From assembly GCA_964496765.1 (NCBI GenBank), contig CAZCAP010000009.1:2741-30347 (forward strand): DNA of 27,607 bases. The letters run 5' to 3'. A model generated the notes under the pieces. It searched no databases and was not told the DNA's origin. It saw only the letters and a program-made list of their open reading frames with translations. The position numbers and the translations under genes are program-made. This stretch comes from an uncultured archaeon. Its GTDB lineage: Archaea > Iainarchaeota > Iainarchaeia > Iainarchaeales > CSSED10-239. Each line of letters opens with the position of its first letter. Position 1 is the first letter of the stretch. Of this stretch, positions 16,728-22,681 are shown in pieces.

Positions 16728-17567
16728 TCACAGAGTGAAGTTAAATATTATTGCTCCAAGATAAATTAAAACATAAATTATTCCTAGCCCCATACAAAAA
16801 TAGGAAAAATCTACTTTTTTTGCAATTCTTAAAATCACATCTATCATTAAATATCCAACTATAAATGAAAAAATTATTCCAAGAAGAATGTATTTCGTGA
16901 AAACAAATCCATTTATTATCATTAAACCTATTTCTCCAATCACAACAGTTGGAATTGAAAGAAGAAAGCTTATCTTAAATGCTTTTTCTGGAGTGAATCC
17001 TTCAAACAAAAGAACGGAAGTGGTTATTCCACTTCTTGAAACACCAGGAATAATTGTTAGACCCTGAAAGAAACCAAGAATTCCTGCATTTCTTCCTGAT
17101 AGGGTTGCTTCTCTTCTAGTGTTCTTTCTACTGAGGTATTGAACTAGTCCAACAATCACTAGTATAACACCAACAAAAAGAAGAACAATTCCTGCGTTTA
17201 TTGAATCAAGATGATTTCTTGCAAGTAAATAGATAGGGCCCATTATTAGGAAGGTTAAAATTACTGTGATGGTTATAAACTTAAGATAAATTGATTCATT
17301 CCTGTGTTGCCTATACTTTAAATCACTTGTAAACATTCCAATAATAACATCTAATCTTAATAGGCTAGCAATCTCTTTTCTAAAGTAGATAATTGCAGCA
17401 AGAACTGTCCCTAGATGAAGCATCATTGCAACATTGAATGATTGGGAAAGGTTTAGATTACCAAAATTCATTAGAAATATAACTAGATTGCTTTTAGAGC
17501 TAACTGGAATCCATTCAAGTAGACCTTGTATTATCCCTGATAAAATATATAGTAATGCTTGTAACAT
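16728..17567 (-). CDS. uppP: Undecaprenyl/polyprenyl-diphosphatase (UppP/BacA family)
   Basis: 279 aa polytopic membrane protein with both BacA motifs: LLEWIPVSSKSNL (E-x-x-P-h-S-S) and IIPGVSRSGITTS (PG-x-SRSG). Confidence 0.9.
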   Translation of the reverse strand: MLQALLYILSGIIQGLLEWIPVSSKSNLVIFLMNFGNLNLSQSFNVAMMLHLGTVLAAIIYFRKEIASLLRLDVIIGMFTSDLKYRQHRNESIYLKFITITVILTFLIMGPIYLLARNHLDSINAGIVLLFVGVILVIVGLVQYLSRKNTRREATLSGRNAGILGFFQGLTIIPGVSRSGITTSVLLFEGFTPEKAFKISFLLSIPTVVIGEIGLMIINGFVFTKYILLGIIFSFIVGYLMIDVILRIAKKVDFSYFCMGLGIIYVLIYLGAIIFNFTL

Positions 17568-17621
17568 GATATGTAACTAAATAAAGCAAACTATTTAAAA
17601 CTATATTCAATAAATATACAT

Positions 17622-18044
17622 ATGAACAAATTTGGGCATATATTCATAGCTGGAGTATTATTTACTTTAATCTATTATCTAGTCTCATTCTATTATCCAC
17701 TAAGACCAGAATTTTTTATAATTTCATTAATTATTTGTTTAATCTATGCTCTTATTCCTGATCTTGATAAAAACAATTCCTGGATTAAAAAGAAACTGGA
17801 TATAATTATTTTTTATAGCATCCTTGTTTTAGGAGTATTTTACTTTGTTAATCATGATGTGATTTATCCAATCATTCTTCTTATTGGGGTTGAACTAATA
17901 CTTCTATTAACCAAGCACAGAGGTTTTCTACACTCATTTACTTTCGCAGTATTAATTGCATCACCAATACTTCTAATTAATAGAATATACTTTGTTGCAG
18001 CAATGATTGGAATATTATCTCATCTGCTTATGGATAAATTATAA
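17622..18044 (+). CDS. Membrane-bound metal-dependent hydrolase, YdjM/DUF457-like
   Basis: 140 aa with four hydrophobic segments, the LIPDLD motif, KHRGFLHS and a C-terminal SHLLMD, as in DUF457 proteins. Confidence 0.65.
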   Translation: MNKFGHIFIAGVLFTLIYYLVSFYYPLRPEFFIISLIICLIYALIPDLDKNNSWIKKKLDIIIFYSILVLGVFYFVNHDVIYPIILLIGVELILLLTKHRGFLHSFTFAVLIASPILLINRIYFVAAMIGILSHLLMDKL

Positions 18045-18049
18045 AAGAA

Positions 18050-19012
18050 TTAGCTTAGGAAGTTTCTTAGTTTCCTAAGTAGAGAAAAAGTACCCTCTCT
18101 CACTCCATTTCTGAATTTAATAATTTTTTCTTTAATTGATGAATTGGCTGCTGGTTTTGCAGTATCAACAATTATATTTGTGTCTGTTCTAATTATTATT
18201 GATTCATCTAAATAGTTTAATCTAATTACTTTCAAATCAAATTGATTATCCTTATTATAGGCATAGCAATTAATCTGATAGGCTCCTTTTGAAATATATT
18301 TTGTTGCATCAATTGATATGTTTAAATCAAATATGTTATCTCCTTCATAGCTGGTTTCTGTAACTAGGCCTGGATTATCAGTGATACATTTAATATCATA
18401 AACATAATTATAATCACTATAGGATTTTATTTTAATAACATCAATATCTGTTTTATTAATTATATAGGAAACATCCTTGGAATAAACAATTCCTTTAAAT
18501 CTAGGCTCATCCCTCTGTGGAGTGTATGTGAAATCATCTATTGAGTTATTTGTTATTAATGTAATTGTTTTGAATCCAGATGCAATTAGATTATTGTATT
18601 CGTCATAGAGATCAGCAACAACCTTGATTTTAACTAGGTTTTCAGTAAAGTCTTTAGCAATCACTTCAACTCCAATTGTTGAGTTAACCTCAGATAGGAA
18701 TTCATCTTCTGTTGCAGATAACTTGAAATAGGTTCCTTTAGTAACCTCTGATTCAGGATAAACAACTAATGTGTATTTTACTTTTGGATTCTTATAGGGA
18801 ACAGAAGAAACATAGTCTGAATGTATTGAAAAATTAATTTGTCTAACTATGTTTTGAGAGAAATAGAATCTATCTGGAGCAATGTCAGGAGTAGTAACAG
18901 TATTAACAACAATAGTTGGTTCATCCTGGCTAGCTGCATTAATAGTGCTTGCTAGTGGGATTAAAATAATTAGTGCAATTAGAAAAACAATTAGTTTATT
19001 TATTTGTTTCAT
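18050..19012 (-). CDS. Secreted/surface hypothetical protein (N-terminal signal or anchor, beta-rich)
   Basis: 320 aa. N-terminus MKQINKLIVFLIALIILIPLASTINAASQDEP looks like a signal peptide. The remainder is rich in Thr/Asn/Tyr/Ile, as in beta-sandwich surface proteins. No family recognised. Confidence 0.6.
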   Translation of the reverse strand: MKQINKLIVFLIALIILIPLASTINAASQDEPTIVVNTVTTPDIAPDRFYFSQNIVRQINFSIHSDYVSSVPYKNPKVKYTLVVYPESEVTKGTYFKLSATEDEFLSEVNSTIGVEVIAKDFTENLVKIKVVADLYDEYNNLIASGFKTITLITNNSIDDFTYTPQRDEPRFKGIVYSKDVSYIINKTDIDVIKIKSYSDYNYVYDIKCITDNPGLVTETSYEGDNIFDLNISIDATKYISKGAYQINCYAYNKDNQFDLKVIRLNYLDESIIIRTDTNIIVDTAKPAANSSIKEKIIKFRNGVREGTFSLLRKLRNFLS

Positions 19013-19172
19013 TTTTATTTCACATCTATTTAGGTTTGAATGTGTGAGTTATATCTTCCTCACTAAATATAATTAATTAGTAATATGTATTTAAATATAT
19101 AGTTTATCTCTCTTTTTACTTTATTAAGGAAAGTAAATAAAGTTAAATAATATTAGGTGCTATAAACTACAT

Positions 19173-19733
19173 ATGATTAAAACAGTTATTTGGGATATTG
19201 GGGGGGTAATATTATCAGATATTGATGTGCCTGGTTTTTGGAAGGACATTATTGCGTCCAAGCAACTAAGAAAAGATTTTGGGACAAACAAAATAACTCA
19301 AAACGAATTTATTAATCAAGGATCCAAACTACTATTAATAGATGAAGACGAATTTTTAAGAAACTATAAAAAAGTGTACTCTGATATTAAGCCAATTAAA
19401 GAAACGTATGAGCTTTACAAAAATATGAAAACAGCAAAATATATACTCACAGACACAAATCTCATACACGCTGAATTTGTATCCGAAACTTTCCCAGATA
19501 TATTTAAATTAGCTAAGAAATGTTACTTATCAAATGAAATTGGCATGAGAAAAGACTGTATTGATGTTTTTCAATATGTAGTTAAAGACCTAGAATTATT
19601 ACCTAGTGAAATATTATTCATTGACAATAAAGAAAAAGCAACAAATATTGCTAGAGAAGCAGGACTTAACGCTATCCATTACAAGAGCCCAGAAAAATTG
19701 AAAGAAGAATTAGAAAAGTTAAATGTAAAATAA
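19173..19733 (+). CDS. HAD-superfamily hydrolase (subfamily IA-like)
   Basis: 186 aa. Motif I is VIWDIGGVIL (D-x-G-G-V variant), motif II ILTDTN, and motif IV LFIDNKEKATNIAREAGLNAIHY. Confidence 0.8.
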   Translation: MIKTVIWDIGGVILSDIDVPGFWKDIIASKQLRKDFGTNKITQNEFINQGSKLLLIDEDEFLRNYKKVYSDIKPIKETYELYKNMKTAKYILTDTNLIHAEFVSETFPDIFKLAKKCYLSNEIGMRKDCIDVFQYVVKDLELLPSEILFIDNKEKATNIAREAGLNAIHYKSPEKLKEELEKLNVK

Positions 19734-19734
19734 A
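19696..19734. repeat. Direct repeat copy A (39 bp, perfect) covering the last 11 codons and stop of the HAD gene
   Basis: AATTGAAAGAAGAATTAGAAAAGTTAAATGTAAAATAAA is identical to 20558-20596. Similarity extends upstream (CAAGAGC at 19682-19688 vs 20551-20557), with 7 extra nt in copy A. Confidence 0.9.
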
Positions 19735-19752
19735 CTTTGAAATCAATATAAT

Positions 19753-20118
19753 TTATTTCCTCTTGAAACCAAATAAATCATTATATTTATCATGATCTCC
19801 ATATTCAAGAACAAAGCAAATAATCTGAATCTCATTTGTTTGAATATTATATATTAATCTCCAAAAATTAGAAAGATTAATTATCCAAAGATTTGTTATT
19901 CCCCTTTTTTGATATTTAGATGGAATTAATGATTTTTTAACAATTCTTCCTGCTTCTGGATTAACTTTTAAAAGCTCTATTTTTTGCGTTATTGAATTAA
20001 GTAGAGTCTGATTTCTGCTCTTCTTAATCCCTTTACTGATTTCATCTTCAACTATTTTGGTTAGCTTAAGATATTCATCTTTAGCTTCTCCTTCAAATAT
20101 CACTTTCACTTCTTTCAT
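19753..20118 (-). CDS. ParE/RelE-superfamily toxin-like protein
   Basis: 121 aa. The layout IFEGEAKDEYLKL...IELLKVNPEAGRIVK...LWIINLSNFWRLIYNIQTNEIQIICFVLEYGDHDKY follows the ParE/RelE pattern (helical hairpin, then G-x-x-h, then h-W-R-h-h-Y-x-h ... h-x-h-h-x-h-x-x-H). It overlaps the upstream gene by 4 nt (ATGA). Confidence 0.55.
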   Translation of the reverse strand: MKEVKVIFEGEAKDEYLKLTKIVEDEISKGIKKSRNQTLLNSITQKIELLKVNPEAGRIVKKSLIPSKYQKRGITNLWIINLSNFWRLIYNIQTNEIQIICFVLEYGDHDKYNDLFGFKRK

Positions 20119-20378
20119 ACTTCTAGACCCTTCTTTATCCTTTCTTTTAATTCATTCTTTGGTTGATAGGTCCAGATAATCCCTTTTTTACTATCATAGA
20201 TAATCCCTCTATCATCAAGATAATCAACTACAACATTTAATGTTTGTTTCATTACTTTGTTTTTTAATTTTTTGATTATCTTGTATCTTGTTAAAGGAAG
20301 ATCTGATTGTTTTATAATATTTTCAACCTCAAGAACTGTTTTTAGGTTAGGGTAATGAAGAATGTTTTTTTGTTTCAT
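20115..20378 (-). CDS. Small winged-helix-like protein, putative antitoxin/regulator of the ParE/RelE-like gene
   Basis: The track ORF starts at 20417. The ATG at 20378 is preferred because GAGGT lies 7 nt upstream and TATAAATATA further upstream (87 aa: MKQKNILHYPNLKTVLEVENIIKQSDLPLTRYKIIKKLKNKVMKQTLNVVVDYLDDRGIIYDSKKG...). Helix-turn-helix-wing pattern. It is translationally coupled to the toxin-like gene. Confidence 0.5.
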   Translation of the reverse strand: MKQKNILHYPNLKTVLEVENIIKQSDLPLTRYKIIKKLKNKVMKQTLNVVVDYLDDRGIIYDSKKGIIWTYQPKNELKERIKKGLEV

Positions 20379-20460
20379 AATATTAACCTCATAGGTGATA
20401 TATTTATACCCTAACATATTAAAACCTTTTCTATTATAGGTATATTATTACTTGGAAGGA

Positions 20461-20502
20461 TATATCCTTTTCGGGAGGGTAGCTGTCCAAGCAAAATTAG
20501 GT
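20461..20502. repeat. 42-bp repeat, copy 1
   Basis: TATATCCTTTTCGGGAGGGTAGCTGTCCAAGCAAAATTAGGT is 40/42 identical to 22079-22120. It is relatively GC-rich and contains a CCnTTTCGGG mini-hairpin. It lies upstream (5') of the minus-strand antitoxin-like gene. Confidence 0.9.
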
Positions 20503-20557
20503 CTTTCTTTAGATAGCAAGATTTGGATTAATATAATACAGGATATCAATCAAGAGC

Positions 20558-20596
20558 AATTGAAAGAAGAATTAGAAAAGTTAAATGTAAAATAAA
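20558..20596. repeat. Direct repeat copy B (39 bp, perfect) of the HAD gene 3' end
   Basis: Identical to 19696-19734. Its last 16 nt form, in antisense, the final codons and stop (..FYI*) of the 167-aa gene at 20581..21084. Confidence 0.9.
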
Positions 20597-21084
20597 TCTT
20601 CTACCTTCTCTGGGAGGTGATCTATTCCTTCGAATTCTCTAATTGGAATTGATTTTATTTTGTTTTTAATCAATAGCCTAACATGAGTGATTGCCATTTC
20701 CTTTTTCCCACCCATGCTTTCACAATTATCTTCTATTAGTACGTCTGGTGTTTCCTTTTCAACAACATCTTTGTATTCTTCATTTTGTTTTCTAAACAAT
20801 AATTTTCCTTTTGGGAAATTATATTTAATAAGAACATCTCTAATTTGATCAATTTGATTTTGTTTTTTTCTGGAGGTTAAATAAATTAAATCTATTGATT
20901 GGGTGCTCCACAATTTGAGTTTTTTAGAAGCATTTCCTATTGGGATATAGGTTTTAAAATCATGAACTGATGTATCTCTTTTTTTAACCTGATCAATTAT
21001 GTCTTTTCTTTTTTTATTAAATGCATTATTGTGCATAATAATGGTTCCCTCAGTAAAAACCATAATCTTTATCTTCTTGTTCAT
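20581..21084 (-). CDS. HAD-like fold hypothetical protein lacking the canonical DxD nucleophile motif
   Basis: 167 aa. KIMVFTEGTI sits where motif I (hhhDxDxT) is expected. IYLTSR (motif II), a conserved Lys region and VLIEDN (motif IV) follow. This is pattern-level inference only. Confidence 0.45.
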   Translation of the reverse strand: MNKKIKIMVFTEGTIIMHNNAFNKKRKDIIDQVKKRDTSVHDFKTYIPIGNASKKLKLWSTQSIDLIYLTSRKKQNQIDQIRDVLIKYNFPKGKLLFRKQNEEYKDVVEKETPDVLIEDNCESMGGKKEMAITHVRLLIKNKIKSIPIREFEGIDHLPEKVEDLFYI

Positions 21085-21108
21085 AATAATATATGTTTAG
21101 AATTAGTT

Positions 21109-21149
21109 TATATCCCTTTTGGGAGACTACTTTCAATCCAAACAGATTA
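21109..21149. repeat. 42-bp repeat family, degenerate copy 2
   Basis: In TATATCCCTTTTGGGAGACTACTTTCAATCCAAACAGATTA the first 17 nt match copies 1 and 3 at 15/17 each, and the remainder is only loosely alignable. On the minus strand its end reads GGGATATAAAC, centred about 26 nt upstream of the ATG at 21084. Confidence 0.6.
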
Positions 21150-22043
21150 TTTCCCCTTTAAATTATCAAGTATCTTTAAATTATCTTTTTCTAGTTTTGC
21201 AAATCCAAACCATTTCTTTCCAAGATCTTTTATTGATGCTCCAAAATGATAAATTTCTTTATTATCAACAATTAGAAATCTATCATGTGACTTCTTGAAC
21301 TTCTTAATATCTATTGGATTTGAACTATATTGTAAATTAGATTTATCTATATCCAGTTTTAATTGATTGGTTATATTTTCAGTATAGATTGTAACTCTTA
21401 CGTTCTTATTTACTTTTGTAAATAAGGTTAAAACAGAATCATCAATGTAATTATCTATTAAAATTATTGATTTTTTTGCATTTCTGATAATATTAGATAT
21501 GAACCTATGCGCATCAAACACTTGACCATCATAAAATATTCCTTGCTTTTTAATTATGTCCTTACTTTCTATTGCATCAAAAACTTTTTTGAAATTGTTG
21601 TCTGTACTTATTTGATATTCAAGTTGCTTTCTTTCAACTGAATCTAATCTTATAAATATTTCTGTGTTCTTTGAAATGAATCGTCTCATTGAAACAAATG
21701 CATTAATTATTTGAATACTTATATTTACTGCTGTTTTTGTTTTTAGGACACCAGAAAGCATTGCAACCCCTTGTTCAGTAAAAACATAGGGAGAGGTTCC
21801 ACCTAGATGCCTTTTTGAAGGTATCGCATTTTGCGATACCATAAAATCAATTTCCGCAAAATTTAATTGAAACATAAATTCGTTTGGAAATCTTGTAATA
21901 TTCCTTTTTACTTGTTCACGCAAACGAATAGCCTTTATTTTATACAATTTAGCTAAATCACTATCAAGCATTACTTGAACTTCTCTAATAGTGTATATCT
22001 TATACCCAATATTTTCATTAATAATTAAAATATCCTTAGCCAC
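21147..22043 (-). CDS. ORF6N (KilA-N-related) DNA-binding domain protein with C-terminal HKD/PLD-like motif
   Basis: 298 aa. N-terminus IREVQVMLDSDLAKLYKIKAIRLREQVKRNITRFPNEFMFQL is the ORF6N signature. The C-terminus SHDRFLIVDNKEIYHFGASIKDLGKKWFGF resembles HxK(x)4D...G-S with K replaced by R. GTG start with GGTGA 5 nt upstream. Confidence 0.8.
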   Translation of the reverse strand: MAKDILIINENIGYKIYTIREVQVMLDSDLAKLYKIKAIRLREQVKRNITRFPNEFMFQLNFAEIDFMVSQNAIPSKRHLGGTSPYVFTEQGVAMLSGVLKTKTAVNISIQIINAFVSMRRFISKNTEIFIRLDSVERKQLEYQISTDNNFKKVFDAIESKDIIKKQGIFYDGQVFDAHRFISNIIRNAKKSIILIDNYIDDSVLTLFTKVNKNVRVTIYTENITNQLKLDIDKSNLQYSSNPIDIKKFKKSHDRFLIVDNKEIYHFGASIKDLGKKWFGFAKLEKDNLKILDNLKGK

Positions 22044-22078
22044 TTTTAGTCACCACATATATTATAGAAATTATAGTG

Positions 22079-22120
22079 TATATCCCTTTCGGGGGGGTAG
22101 CTGTCCAAGCAAAATTAGGT
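22079..22120. repeat. 42-bp repeat, copy 3 (tRNA-proximal)
   Basis: TATATCCCTTTCGGGGGGGTAGCTGTCCAAGCAAAATTAGGT lies 67 nt from the 3' end of tRNA-Ser and 35 nt upstream of the ORF6N gene start. Confidence 0.9.
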
Positions 22121-22187
22121 TTGTTTTTCCTACCTCTAGGTTCTATTTTCTTTCCCTAGGGTTTCGTTCTTTAGAAAGAAAGGCTCA

Positions 22188-22273
22188 CGCAGAGGATGAG
22201 ATTCGAACTCATGGATGGGGTTACCATCACTTGTTTTCGAGACAAGCACCTTCAACCACTCGGCCACCTCTGC
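22188..22273 (-). tRNA. tRNA-Ser (anticodon CGA)
   Basis: The minus strand reads GCAGAGGTGGCCGAGTGGTTGAAGGTGCTTGTCTCGAAAACAAGTGATGGTAACCCCATCCATGAGTTCGAATCTCATCCTCTGCG (86 nt). It folds by hand: acceptor GCAGAGG/CCTCTGC, anticodon stem CTTGT/ACAAG with loop CTCGAAA, long variable arm GATGG/CCATC, T-arm ATGAG-TTCGAAT-CTCAT, discriminator G. No encoded CCA. Confidence 0.9.
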
Positions 22274-22281
22274 ACAACCGC

Positions 22282-22300
22282 TCGCCCAGTTGACGGGCGA
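22282..22300 (-). other. GC-rich 6-bp hairpin in the tRNA-Ser 5' leader
   Basis: TCGCCC-agttgac-GGGCGA on the plus strand; the minus strand reads TCGCCC-GTCAACT-GGGCGA. It ends 8 nt upstream of the tRNA 5' end and is conspicuous in AT-rich DNA. Confidence 0.5.
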
Positions 22301-22364
22301 ATAACATGTTAACAAACACATAGTTAACAAACGAATACATATATTATGTAAGAATAAGATTATA

Positions 22365-22661
22365 TTACTTTACTAGCGAGGCTCTGTTGATCACAGAAAG
22401 AAGATTTGAAACTAAGCTTTTTGCTGCATCCTCATCAGTTAAATCCTTAACTATTATCTTCAATGATGAGAAAATAGTCATCTCTCCTTCCTTTATCTTA
22501 ACATGTATGTAAAAAGGAGAGTTATCCTTTGAAATGTAATAGCCATTCTTTGTTAAATAGTTCATTAGATCCTTAACATCTATCTTTTTATTCCTTTTTG
22601 GATAGAACTCAAATCCAGGTGTTACCTTACATGAATCTAAAATAAAATCAGATAATTCCAT
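22365..22661 (-). CDS. Small protein resembling a single TBP-type repeat (helix-grip/TBP-like fold suspected)
   Basis: 98 aa, starting 20 nt after the HerA-like stop. IDVKDLMNYLTKNGYYISKDNSPFYIHVKIKEGEMTIFSSLKIIVKDLTDEDAAKSLVSNLLSVI aligns by eye with the TBP repeat of this same window (LDLYNLAAAIPDVEYEPEQFPGAIFKIKEPKVSLLLFKNGKIIISGAASEKDIVAGIRKAMKLI). Confidence 0.55.
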   Translation of the reverse strand: MELSDFILDSCKVTPGFEFYPKRNKKIDVKDLMNYLTKNGYYISKDNSPFYIHVKIKEGEMTIFSSLKIIVKDLTDEDAAKSLVSNLLSVINRASLVK

Positions 22662-22681
22662 AAATACTTACCTTATTATAA

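Larger units (their letters stand above)
19735..22187. mobile_element. Putative accessory cassette region / decayed integrated element between the HAD gene and tRNA-Ser
   Basis: Bounded by the duplicated HAD 3' end and the 3' side of tRNA-Ser. It contains two families of direct repeats and typical accessory cargo (ParE/RelE-like pair, ORF6N protein). All genes are co-oriented with the tRNA. No integrase or transposase is present, so mobility is inferred only. Confidence 0.35.

Noticed and set aside
20503-20550. Degenerate copy of the tRNA-Ser 3' end (att-like) downstream of repeat copy 1
   Set aside because: AAGATTTGGATTAAT vs GAGATTCGAACTCAT matches only 10/15, and only after assuming a ~20-nt deletion. 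In AT-rich DNA this is within chance, and no other tRNA fragment was found in the window.
20461-22120. CRISPR array interpretation of the 42-bp repeats
   Set aside because: There are only three copies, one degenerate, with about 600-930 bp between copies and full-length genes in between. The regular 25-50 bp spacers and cas genes are absent.
20461-22120. Integron-type attC cassette array
   Set aside because: The repeat-gene-repeat layout is reminiscent of attC arrays. However, I see no integron integrase, no attI and no imperfect inverted R/L box symmetry in the repeats. This is kept only as one of several hypotheses in the findings.
22091-22120. GGGGGGGTAGCTGTCCAAGC read as the 5' part of a plus-strand tRNA (acceptor + D-arm)
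   Set aside because: The GTAGCT start resembles tRNA positions 7-12, but no anticodon arm, T-arm or matching 3' acceptor strand can be completed in either repeat copy.
21991-22330. Track ORFs 21991..22293 (+) and 22136..22330 (-)
   Set aside because: Both run through tRNA-Ser and the GC-rich repeat copy 3. They have no RBS, no family resemblance and odd composition, and the RNA gene and repeats explain the open frames.
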